Below the pieces are notes generated by a model. The model was given only the letters and a program-made list of their open reading frames with translations. It did not search any database and was not told where the DNA came from. A program made the position numbers and the translations under genes. A DNA stretch of 64,000 nucleotides from a virus (Duplodnaviria; Caudoviricetes): IMG/VR virus record IMGVR_UViG_3300020411_000002. One strand, given 5' to 3'. The number at the start of each line of letters is the position of its first letter. Position 1 is the first letter of the stretch. Shown piece by piece: positions 28,794-38,600 of this stretch.

Positions 28794-29175
28794 TGAACAC
28801 CTGACTAGCTATATGAAACAGTATGCTGCAATATATCTTATTACAACGTGTAGAAACTCTCGGCTCTGGAATATCCATACTTGTGAAAACCTTATCAACA
28901 TAAGTTCTTTCAAGCAAGTTTACATATTTATCCATAGGGCCCATGTTTGGGTCATCAAAGTCTACTATACAAGAACGTTGATTGCTCCACTCCCCATGAA
29001 ACGGTGATTGAAAAAATGAAAAGCTTCCATGGTCTAATCCACCAGTAGGGACAATGCCTACTGTATTCAAAGAGTTAGAGTACCTAAGCGCATACGTCCA
29101 GTAATTTAAACGCTGACGCTCTGAATTAAATTCTACATGATAAGTCTGACCTGATGGAACGTTATTGATTTCCAT
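28783..29175 (-). CDS. Hypothetical protein
   Basis: 130-aa ORF overlapping its neighbours. Confidence 0.65.
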   Translation of the reverse strand: MEINNVPSGQTYHVEFNSERQRLNYWTYALRYSNSLNTVGIVPTGGLDHGSFSFFQSPFHGEWSNQRSCIVDFDDPNMGPMDKYVNLLERTYVDKVFTSMDIPEPRVSTRCNKIYCSILFHIASQVFNER

Positions 29176-29293
29176 TTTTAATACACCACGCTAAATACGT
29201 TAACGGAACTTGATTAGCCTTTAACATAGGCAATCTGTACTGAAAGTGATATTGACGAAAATTTTCAAAATCAAAACCATCTATAAATTCCAC
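29162..29293 (-). CDS. Small hypothetical protein (43 aa), not in the ORF track
   Basis: GTG 29293 overlaps the upstream TAG, GGAGA lies 7 nt upstream; MEFIDGFDFENFRQYHFQYRLPMLKANQVPLTYLAWCIKNGNQ; fills the apparent gap. Confidence 0.65.
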   Translation of the reverse strand: MEFIDGFDFENFRQYHFQYRLPMLKANQVPLTYLAWCIKNGNQ

Positions 29294-29832
29294 TAGCCTA
29301 TCTCCGTATAATCGCGCTTAGCAAGAATCTGGAAAGCATCAATCAGGTGCTTGACTGTAAAGCTAGCCTTATCGATATCTTCTAAGTATATTTTAAGAAT
29401 TGTAATTAACTCATGAGTATCATTCAGATATTCATGGAACTTGTTCATTACTGCCTTAATAAAAGCCTTACGTTCTTCTTTAGTACGTATGTGCTTCATG
29501 TCTTGGCTGTATCGAACTAAAAAATAAGATTCAAAAGCCTCAATCATTTTACTTAATGACACATGCGCTTCTGTAGCTGAAACAAGTATCTCACTATATC
29601 GATGCCTGTTAGTTGTGTCTTTGATTGCAGCTTCTGTTAGATTCTTTACAAAGTTAGGATGCCCAGGCGACAGCTTATGTATCATGCGTGTCTTGTGTAG
29701 CATTTTCAATTCGTCTTTGTATTCATCGAATGGTATTTGAAAAAGGTCAGAAGTATCAAAAGTACTTTTAAGTCTTTTGTATCTTGTATCTCTTCTTAAA
29801 AGGGACCGTACTTGATCATCTTGTGCAGACAT
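29293..29832 (-). CDS. Hypothetical helical protein, possibly a UvsY-like recombination mediator
   Basis: All-helical; C-terminal LEDIDKASFTVKHLID resembles the T4 UvsY C-terminus as recalled; near an SF2 helicase. Confidence 0.45.
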   Translation of the reverse strand: MSAQDDQVRSLLRRDTRYKRLKSTFDTSDLFQIPFDEYKDELKMLHKTRMIHKLSPGHPNFVKNLTEAAIKDTTNRHRYSEILVSATEAHVSLSKMIEAFESYFLVRYSQDMKHIRTKEERKAFIKAVMNKFHEYLNDTHELITILKIYLEDIDKASFTVKHLIDAFQILAKRDYTEIG

Positions 29833-30255
29833 TTAAAGTACCACAAATTTGTTTATGTTAGGAGTGTCTGGGACTAACAGCAATGAACCCTCACTATCTG
29901 AGTACGCATACGTACCACCAAAGGATTCTGTTTTTAACTGTAGCATTTCGGAAAGGGTGCTATCTAATATAGTCATAGAAGACTGTTTTAGTATAAGCTT
30001 CTTAGAGTTGACTATAAAAAGAGACCCAACAACCGTTTCTTCATCGGACTCTATCAGATACTGAATGCATTCAATGCTATGCTGCATTTTAGTATCTAGA
30101 AGAACAGTGAGGTCTTTGTAATCTAGAGTCGAATTATAAAACAGTGCTATATGCTGGCGACCATTAGGTGCAAGACCCAAGTTAACAAAAGTGTTCAACT
30201 CAGGTTCTTGCTTCAAACTAAAAGTCTTGTTGATATCTTTTAACGGACTCTTCAC
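29833..30255 (-). CDS. Hypothetical protein
   Basis: 140-aa ORF tightly packed. Confidence 0.75.
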   Translation of the reverse strand: MKSPLKDINKTFSLKQEPELNTFVNLGLAPNGRQHIALFYNSTLDYKDLTVLLDTKMQHSIECIQYLIESDEETVVGSLFIVNSKKLILKQSSMTILDSTLSEMLQLKTESFGGTYAYSDSEGSLLLVPDTPNINKFVVL

Positions 30256-31568
30256 TACTGTTTCAATGAAGCTGTCTGTCTAATATTGATAGTGCCAAAG
30301 TCATCAGTCATTTTATGGTATACTGTAATAGCTGTAGGCGAGTCGCCTTCAAGATGTTTAAGTTTACACATTACGCTGCCTTCTTTGACATTGTTAAGAA
30401 CGTCAGCAAGTATCTTAGGGTGAATAGCTACTTCGTTCTTCTTTACTGTCTTAGGTACTTTAGAGTAGTCGATAATGTTTGATACATCGCCGTGCTCATT
30501 GCTGAATGCAAACTCAACACCTGACTTGCCGAAGTTTAAGTTAACGTACCCGCTCTGATTAGAAGTCATTAGAGTTCCAATGCTGGCTAACGTATCCAAG
30601 CTGTCTTTGACTGGAATAGAATACATGCCGTCAGTTGGGGCATTTTCGTAATCTGAGAAAGTTTCAATAACGTGGTCTAACATCTTTGTATCCAACTCTT
30701 GTAGAGGAGGAAGACCGATAAGTACGTTATCTGATAGAACTCTAAATCCAGACTCTTCAACAAAGAAGCTTGCTGTGTCTTCGTCATCTTCGGACAGTAC
30801 ACGGTTAACTACATTAAAGATATCGCTAGAGATAACTAGATTGAAGTCTCTTCCCATACCAGAAGACAAGTCAGCTTCCATTAGGTTGATAACCCATCGA
30901 TTAACAACAGCAACAGTAAGTCTATCGTCTTTAATGCTGATGTTCATAGGACTAACGGCTTTATCGTCGTGGTGATCGATAACACGAGTACGCTGTGAAG
31001 CTACACGCAATCTGTTTAATAACTCAGAACCAATTGCATCTTTTCTAGAGATACCAACAAAGATTTCATTCACTGCTGGAATCTGGTCAACGGTTATTGG
31101 GTTAGTCTTCAATGCAGACTTGAATTTACCTGATACGATTTTAAGTTCAGAACCGTCATAGTCACATTGCATTGCACCACGCTTGTTGATAACACGCTTT
31201 AGAATTTCCGCATCAATGTTAAAGCAACCTGATACATCAACTTCTATTCCAGTGTTAATAGCAATGTGCGTATCCGTAGAATAACCTACTAGATACAAGA
31301 AACCTTCGTATGCAACAAACAAGTGCTTGCGCATAACGTTGTTAGCGTTAACGAATCCAGTAATAACAGTAAGGCTATCAAGCAAAGAAGAAAGGGTCTT
31401 GCCTTCTATTTCAAAGCTAAACGAGTTAGAGCTTAGCTTTTCATTAATCTGGATTTTAAACAGCTTTTCGTTGCTAACTGCTTTACTAGATGTTTTAGGT
31501 TTGCGGGTGGAGGCTCGCGTCTTAGTAGTCTTAGAAGACCGTGTACGTTTTCTTTTTACGTCAGTCAT
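30255..31568 (-). CDS. dnaN: DNA polymerase sliding clamp, bacterial beta-subunit-like, with a basic N-terminal tail
   Basis: Three repeated alpha/beta domains over ~390 aa; patterns L.LVGYSTD..I, G.F.I.A..L, LT.AV.NR, L.F..SN..G.V..I, .HPK.L.DVL resemble DnaN; next to the polymerase. Confidence 0.7.
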   Translation of the reverse strand: MTDVKRKRTRSSKTTKTRASTRKPKTSSKAVSNEKLFKIQINEKLSSNSFSFEIEGKTLSSLLDSLTVITGFVNANNVMRKHLFVAYEGFLYLVGYSTDTHIAINTGIEVDVSGCFNIDAEILKRVINKRGAMQCDYDGSELKIVSGKFKSALKTNPITVDQIPAVNEIFVGISRKDAIGSELLNRLRVASQRTRVIDHHDDKAVSPMNISIKDDRLTVAVVNRWVINLMEADLSSGMGRDFNLVISSDIFNVVNRVLSEDDEDTASFFVEESGFRVLSDNVLIGLPPLQELDTKMLDHVIETFSDYENAPTDGMYSIPVKDSLDTLASIGTLMTSNQSGYVNLNFGKSGVEFAFSNEHGDVSNIIDYSKVPKTVKKNEVAIHPKILADVLNNVKEGSVMCKLKHLEGDSPTAITVYHKMTDDFGTINIRQTASLKQ

Positions 31569-31891
31569 TATTTATCTTCCATATCTGAATTCTTACTATT
31601 TACAGTTTGTGTGTCTTCTACGTGAAAACCTGCAATTCTTCCATGAACAAAGTCTACTGTAAGAGTATATCTATCTGTTTCTAAAGGCATTGCACCTAGC
31701 AGAACACCAAATACGTTTGTAGACAATCTAGTATCGTCTATTTTAAAACAGTGGCAGTCAGTCTGAGATAGAGCGACAGAACAAACGTAGATAGGCATAA
31801 ATATTGCTTCTATTACATTGCGGTCTGCCGCTAACATTTCATTCAGACGATTAGATATAGTGGTAAGTAAATCTAAATCGTTGCTTTCCAT
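31568..31891 (-). CDS. Hypothetical protein
   Basis: 107-aa ORF coupled to both neighbours. Confidence 0.75.
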   Translation of the reverse strand: MESNDLDLLTTISNRLNEMLAADRNVIEAIFMPIYVCSVALSQTDCHCFKIDDTRLSTNVFGVLLGAMPLETDRYTLTVDFVHGRIAGFHVEDTQTVNSKNSDMEDK

Positions 31892-34800
31892 TACTCAGCC
31901 ATTTCCTCTCTATATTGTTCGAGGGCTTTAAGGCGCTCTGACTCTCTACGTGCAATCTGCATAAGGCGTTTGTGTTTGAAAGATTTCTCTTTTCCTTTCT
32001 TCTCTTCTGATGCTTTAAGCTTAGCAAGCTTAGAAAGGTTAGCCTTAATCTCTGACACAAAGCTCTTAGCTTCTTGCTTGTCTTTCTTAGAACGTATGTC
32101 TTCGCCTTTGGATTCAATATCAATACCGTTAGACCAGAGTTGTTTCTTCATCCAGTCAGGCATGGTATCGTATTGAGTTTCCATGATTGTGTGATACGCT
32201 ACATCGATATCTAAATCAGAATGCCCTAAGTCCTCTACTTGGTCTTTAAGCGTTTGCTTTATGATATCTTTAATTCCTTCATACGAGAAGTCCCAGCCTT
32301 TCACATGTTTCTCAGTAGCGCCAATTTCAAAATCGATTTCTGGTAACGATGTGAAAGTAAACCCTTTGATGCGGTTTTGAACTTGCTTAACTACTTCTGT
32401 AGTCAATCCACGCTCAATCAAATCAAGAGCTAACCAAACGTCTTCGTAACCTACTTCAACTGTAACCGAGTCATGCACAGACACAGATAGGTGCATATCA
32501 GGGTAGTGACCTGTCTTTTCGTAATGCTCATACATCATTCTGTTAATGTTTCTAATTCCAATCATCATTAAGTCAGAACCAAAACCCTGCACTGGACTGT
32601 TAACCGATCTACGCTCTTGGCTAGAGTTAACGAAACCAAAGTTAGGATATTCAGAAGGCAGCATCAAAGACCACAAGTGTCTACGTCTTCCAACTGGCGA
32701 TTCAACGAATAGGTTCTTACGTGCAAAGTTTTTAATTTTCTCGAACCACTTCAATCCAACAGGGAAACGTTTTAAGAACTTAGCTTTCAAGTCTACGATT
32801 TCATCTACTGTTCTTCCAGAAGAAGCAGCAAGGCCTTTATCACCTTGTTGATAGATTAGACCGAAGATTACTGTCTTAACTGAGTTACGTAATTCTGCAA
32901 TCTTCTCGCGCATAGTAATTGGAATACCAAAGAAGTAACTAGTATTCAAACGGTGAACGTCACCTTCGTCTACTATTCGTCGAGCAATCAGTTCATCAGG
33001 AACTGCTCTGAATCTGTTACGTAAGTCAGCACCAGTCTGGAACAAGTCTGCAACGCCTTGGTCGCCTGAGATAATAGACCAACCACGTACTTCGTGAGCA
33101 GAGTAATCCACTTTTATTAACAGCTTGCCGGGTCTAGAGGCAAAGATACGTTTAATGAGTTTACCAAGCTCACTACGACTTGGAATCTGCTGCAAGTTCG
33201 GGTCAGATGCAGATGTTCGTCCAGTAACAACTTTTTGATAGCTATATCTCGGTCGAATACGTTGGTCGAACTTAAAGTCTTCGTTAGTAGCCCACAACTT
33301 CAACAGATTTTTAACGTAAGCAGATTTTAACTTGTTAGCCTTCTGCCATTCTGTATAAAGCGAAACAATCTTGTTGTCTTTGTGGAACTTCTGAAAGTCT
33401 TTATCTAGTTTGTATTGCAAGTCACCATTAGCTCGTTTCTTCTTGCCAGGGTCACCAACAGGTTCTAGCTCTAGAACATCAAAGAACAACATTTGTTTGT
33501 GTTCTTCTTTGTTTAATGAAAAGTTTTCTTTTGCTGTAGTCTTACCAAATAGACCATGCTTAGGAACATTACGGTCTTTAGATATTAACTCGTTAACTTT
33601 ACGCACTGCATCTGACGTATAGATAGCAGCTTCAATCTTAGCAATCTCTGTATTAATAGGACTGTTAGGATGTTCAAGCTTGAACAAGTACTCTACATCA
33701 GCATACGCACCTGTAGATTCCAGACAGCTAAACGTATGAATCTGATCACTAATCTGATTGCCCACCAGCTTTTCATAAAGCTTATAGTCAATATCTTTAG
33801 CGCGTTCTATTTGCTTGTAGTAGATGTGCCAAGGAACAATAACGTCCAGACTACAGTATTCAAGAACAGGTTCGTCTAGGTCTACTTGATGAATTGTAGC
33901 TCGTGCTTCTTTACCAAACGAACTGGTATAGAAACTTCTACAACCGTATTGCATAGACAGGTTTGCCAAGCTGTAATAACCATTACCAAGCAACGTACCT
34001 AAGAACTTCATGTTCTCGTCCATTGCAAACTCACCAGCCTGTATATCCCACACATCACATCGATAGTATCTAACACCAAAGTTACTACGCATGATGTTCA
34101 AATCGAACTGGGCATTTGTATAAACTTGGAAACGGTTACGTGCTTGCTTTTCAAAGAACTTTCTAAACAGACTACGAATAAGCTTTAGCTCAGAAGGAGT
34201 AAACGGTGTGCTATAGTGATAAATAGGTATGATAAACGCTGTCTTACCATCGTCACTCATTTGAACAGTTTGTATTTTACTACACACCCTGTACAAGCCG
34301 TCTGTCTCTGTATCGATTGCGAGTATTTCAGCTTTAGCCATTCGTTTTAGACACTTCTTGAATTTATCAATAGTATCTACGTATTCGATTTTGTAGTTTC
34401 GCTTTTTCTCGTCTGCTACAAAAGGTATCGCATAACGCAAATCACCACCATCTAAGGTGGTAACTAAGTTACGTGCCATATAACCAAGTAAGTTTGGAGT
34501 GTTTGTAGGGTTAGACCTAGATTCAAGAACGGAGTTAAAGCTTAGACTAGCAACATGCTTAAACTCATGTGATTTATTTTGGTACTCTACACTGGTATCG
34601 ACAGGCACACCTAAAAAGTGTTGATCGAAGTTCTTAAACTCCAATATCGTTTCTCTATTGAGTGCGTATTGCGGGTCTTTACCAAAGGTATGAACAATGT
34701 CAGGTTTGTAGTCCGTTATTATCTTCTTCAATCTTCTGCTAAACTCTAGCTTAGCTTCGTTTTGAAAATCTTCGGACTCCTTGTAAGTCTTAAAACAATT

Positions 34801-35082
34801 GAAGTTTACGATAAGATAATCGAATTCATCAATGCTGTATTCTGACTGATAGTAGTCATACGCTAAATCCGTAAGACCGAAGAATACACTATCAGTGTAG
34901 CCGCTTAGTATCTCACCATTCTTTAAGTCTTCGGTAGGAACATGATCCAACACAAAGAGAATTTTACCAGCGGGCTTTTTAGCTTTATGTTTGAGTAGTG
35001 CCAAATCGCCGCCAAACTTTTCAACACGTTCAACGTAGCGATTTTTAAACTCAAAATCAAAATCAATATAAGTCTGAGACAT
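31891..35082 (-). CDS. polA: DNA polymerase family A with an N-terminal uracil-DNA-glycosylase-like domain and 3'-5' exonuclease
   Basis: Exo I LAIDTETDG, exo II NAQFDL, exo III YCSLD; TGRTSASDPNLQQIP, motif A DYSAHEVR, motif B KTVIFGLIYQQG, motif C SVHDS; N-terminal KILFV...LSG...VNFNCF...KPDIVHTFGK resembles family-4 UDG. Confidence 0.96.
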   Translation of the reverse strand: MSQTYIDFDFEFKNRYVERVEKFGGDLALLKHKAKKPAGKILFVLDHVPTEDLKNGEILSGYTDSVFFGLTDLAYDYYQSEYSIDEFDYLIVNFNCFKTYKESEDFQNEAKLEFSRRLKKIITDYKPDIVHTFGKDPQYALNRETILEFKNFDQHFLGVPVDTSVEYQNKSHEFKHVASLSFNSVLESRSNPTNTPNLLGYMARNLVTTLDGGDLRYAIPFVADEKKRNYKIEYVDTIDKFKKCLKRMAKAEILAIDTETDGLYRVCSKIQTVQMSDDGKTAFIIPIYHYSTPFTPSELKLIRSLFRKFFEKQARNRFQVYTNAQFDLNIMRSNFGVRYYRCDVWDIQAGEFAMDENMKFLGTLLGNGYYSLANLSMQYGCRSFYTSSFGKEARATIHQVDLDEPVLEYCSLDVIVPWHIYYKQIERAKDIDYKLYEKLVGNQISDQIHTFSCLESTGAYADVEYLFKLEHPNSPINTEIAKIEAAIYTSDAVRKVNELISKDRNVPKHGLFGKTTAKENFSLNKEEHKQMLFFDVLELEPVGDPGKKKRANGDLQYKLDKDFQKFHKDNKIVSLYTEWQKANKLKSAYVKNLLKLWATNEDFKFDQRIRPRYSYQKVVTGRTSASDPNLQQIPSRSELGKLIKRIFASRPGKLLIKVDYSAHEVRGWSIISGDQGVADLFQTGADLRNRFRAVPDELIARRIVDEGDVHRLNTSYFFGIPITMREKIAELRNSVKTVIFGLIYQQGDKGLAASSGRTVDEIVDLKAKFLKRFPVGLKWFEKIKNFARKNLFVESPVGRRRHLWSLMLPSEYPNFGFVNSSQERRSVNSPVQGFGSDLMMIGIRNINRMMYEHYEKTGHYPDMHLSVSVHDSVTVEVGYEDVWLALDLIERGLTTEVVKQVQNRIKGFTFTSLPEIDFEIGATEKHVKGWDFSYEGIKDIIKQTLKDQVEDLGHSDLDIDVAYHTIMETQYDTMPDWMKKQLWSNGIDIESKGEDIRSKKDKQEAKSFVSEIKANLSKLAKLKASEEKKGKEKSFKHKRLMQIARRESERLKALEQYREEMAE

Positions 35083-35145
35083 ATTGGGCTTTTATCAGTT
35101 AATTGAACTCAATGGTACTTTACACTTTTTCATATTGCAGACACG

Positions 35146-35169
35146 AAAAAGGGAAGCCGAAGCTTCCCC
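35146..35169 (-). terminator. Rho-independent terminator
   Basis: Minus strand GGGAAGC-TTCG-GCTTCCC-TTTTT (UUCG loop). Confidence 0.9.
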
Positions 35170-35173
35170 TTTG

Positions 35174-35617
35174 TTAACCCGGTAATTTACGGGTCTTTTG
35201 ATTAGAAGATTTAGACGAATCTTTATCTTCTGAATCTTTTTTGTCTTCAACAGGTTTAGACTTTTGAGCCTGAACAACATCTTCGAGCTTTTCTGCCTTC
35301 ACTGTTTCGCGACGATTATCATACACTTCAGGCAAATCTCCTAACCACTCACGAATACGTTCATCTGTCAGTTCATCACATTTCAGATATCCACGATTCA
35401 TTGGGTCAAGATAAATTCCTGTAGGAAACTTACTGTTAGCATTAAGCTCAAATGGCATACCACCATTCGGATATGCAGGCTTGAATTTGGGACTTCTTTC
35501 AAACTCTTGCTTTGCTGCAATAGTCTGCTTAGACCAAATACCATCACACTTGCCTGTATAGTAACCTAATGCTTTCAAAATCATTTGCTGATTCTGAATA
35601 AGTCGTCTGTTAACCAT
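35174..35617 (-). CDS. Peptidoglycan-binding domain protein (PG_binding_1-like)
   Basis: QQMILKALGYYTGKCDGIWSKQTIAAKQEFE; no catalytic domain recognised; charged C-terminal tail. Confidence 0.75.
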   Translation of the reverse strand: MVNRRLIQNQQMILKALGYYTGKCDGIWSKQTIAAKQEFERSPKFKPAYPNGGMPFELNANSKFPTGIYLDPMNRGYLKCDELTDERIREWLGDLPEVYDNRRETVKAEKLEDVVQAQKSKPVEDKKDSEDKDSSKSSNQKTRKLPG

Positions 35618-35646
35618 AGTGACTCCTGTTAAGAGAAAGCAAGGGA

Positions 35647-38600
35647 TTAATTCCCTTGCAGTTCTCGATTGTGTTCTCTGGTACGAACAGGTTTAAGTTG
35701 AGCTAAGTCTTTTGCAAGTTCTTCCATGTTAGTAATGGTATAACCTGCTTTACGTAAATCACGAATCTTAGCTTTCGCGTTAGTTCTGTTCACAGCAAAG
35801 AAGACCGCCATGCCTGGGTGAAGTTTCCACTTACCAAATTTACCAGCGCCCGGCATTGTTTTACCAATGTGCTTTTGCATTAACGGGTTAGTTTTCATAT
35901 CCACTGTTAGACGTAAACGATCATCTAAGATAGCTGGATAGATTTTGATAACTTTTCTGTTCTGAGACTGACGGTGTCTAGTACGGAAGAAGTTAGGTAA
36001 GTCTGCTTGTACCTTAACAGCTAATTGAAGATTGAAACCTAAAGTACGAGTTTCTTCTTCAAACGCGTCCATTACAGCACCAAGACGGTTTGCACTAGGC
36101 TGATCATATCCGATGTTATCTTCAATGTAGTCTAGAGCTTTTTCGAAGTGCATATAACGCTGGAACTCACAGTAAGCAAATTCACCAAACGGTGCAAAAC
36201 CTAGACTCTTCAAGTCTGCCGCATCTGGGTCATCAGCGTTAACGTGAAGCGCAAGGAAACCATTATAGACAGAAGCAATAACTTCGATGTTCATATCTTT
36301 AATTGGCTTACCTGAATCATCAACAGTCTGTACTTTACCAGTGTTATCTTTAGGTAGTTCAGAAACTTTGGTAATTCCTGCATTAACAGGACGACCTTCT
36401 TTGATGTTCTCTTCACGTTTCTTCTTCTTCTCGTCCAAGCGGTCTTGCTGCTTACGTTTCTTCTCGATTTCTCGATTACGTGCAGCTTCTTGCTCACGAC
36501 GGGCATCTTCGGCTTGCTTAGCTTTACGTGCTTCGCGTTCAATACGCTTACGTTCAGTTTCAGTAGCCCAAGGCTTATTGGTTTTGAAGAATCTGTCTAA
36601 ATCTGCTTGTGATACTTTGGCAGCAACAAACACTTTACGACTATCAACTTTACCCAATTCATCGTTTGCGTTGTAACGAATCTGTAGAACAGAAACAGGC
36701 TGACGCGGGTCAATAACTTTCTTACCATCACGCATAATAAAGTTTTTAGACCAACCTACTACAGTACCTGTACCAAACTCAGTACGAACAGGAAGACCAC
36801 GAATCAGTTTAGTAACGTCTTGCTCTGTTACATTAAGAAGAGCTTCTATATTGTTATCGAAGTTCTTCTCCGTCCACTGACCGTACCATGATGGAAAATC
36901 GATTAGACCAAAACCGTCTGGATCAGGAATCTTCTGGTTCGCTAAGATAGGCACATTGTCTATTCTAGCAAAGTCTTCTTCGATAGGTACAATAGGTAAG
37001 TTCTGCATCGTTGCCAATGTAGTCTTACGCATTTCGTGGAACTCTTGACCCTCAATAGCATTAAGCTTAGCTTTAGCTTCGAAGTGTTCCCAAAAACCAG
37101 CAATGCCCTCAGTAGCCGCTTTGATGAGAGTAGGAATGTTCATCTTGATTGGGTCAAGAGTCATTTCCATAATCGCATCGTAACGTGGGTTACCTTTTTC
37201 ATCGAACTTGGTTTTGTCTATTGTCTTCCACATCAAACGTGCAATCTTGGCAACCTCTAGTGAACTCTTAGTGATTAACCAATCGATGTAGATAACTTCT
37301 CGACGCATATCCCCAGGCTTACCATCTACAATCTTAGCAGCAGACGGGTCAGGTCGGAAGATACGTGCAGTAGACTGTTCGTAGTCACCTGGCGACCAAG
37401 GCGTTTCAACACGAATAATACGTGAAGCCATTTGCATGTTGTGCCCTTCTGAAATTGCTTGTTCGTTAGCAATCAGAATACGCACTTCTGGGTCGTTCTT
37501 AAAGTCTTCGATTTGTTGCCACTTGTCATCTAACTGACCGTGGAATCTTCGAGCCATACCTTTGTAACGCTCTGGTAAAGCTGCATAGATAGCATCGGTA
37601 CTACGAGTATAACGACAGAAGATAAGAACCTTACCATGCATTTCCTCTTTCCAGTTTTCTGTATCTTCTGTAGGAGGAATTACGCTAGCTGGTGTTTCAC
37701 GACGTTTCAACGATACTTCATCTGTCTCTAGACGACGGCGCATGAATCGACGCTTTTCATATTCAACAACATCAAGCTCACGCACTTTCATGCCCGGCTC
37801 CCAATGTTGAATAACAGCAGTTGCATTATAATCGCCTGAATACTTATCAACTTTGAAGTGTCTGTCTAGACGTTCAACAACGGCACGAACCTTTGGTGTC
37901 TGATAATCACTTGGAACGTTAGCAGCTTTAGCCGCATCTTGGAAAGCTTCATCACCCCAAGGGTCAGTAAGAATCTGTTCCAATCGTTGCATGTGACCGT
38001 CAAACTTCATCGGGTCAATCATTGCCAATTCGTCATCTTCATCAAAATCTAAATCGACAGTATCGTTGTCTTCGCTATCTTCGGTCTTTTTCTTTTTAGA
38101 CGCGTTACTGATAGCAGCATTCAGTTCGTCAAACGTTTGCTCTAACAGAGCCATGTAGGTCTTAAAGAAAACCTCGTTGTATGGGTCTTTATCGTCATCC
38201 AATTCAATCTCTAAGAAAGAGTCAATTGGATTCGGAAGCATGAAGGCCCATTCTTTACGCTTAACAGTAATAACCGCTGCGTGTTGACCTAACTTACTAC
38301 GAACACGAACAGCACCATCAGGTTCATCGGCATCGATAGCAAAGTCATCTGGTGTACGGAAGATGTGAGAAGAGAACAAAGCACTTTGTCCTACAGCATC
38401 TTTTAGTAGACCGTGAATGAATGTACCAGTAAGCAAACGAGTGTATAAAACCCCAGGCATTGTAAATATTTGTTTAACAGTAGAGTGTACTGCCGACACG
38501 TTACCTGCTGCTGGGTCAAATGTTTTTGCTTTATGTGATTCATCAAGAGCCACATAGTTAAAGCCAAGACGTTTAATAAACTCAGTACCACCGTAAAGCT

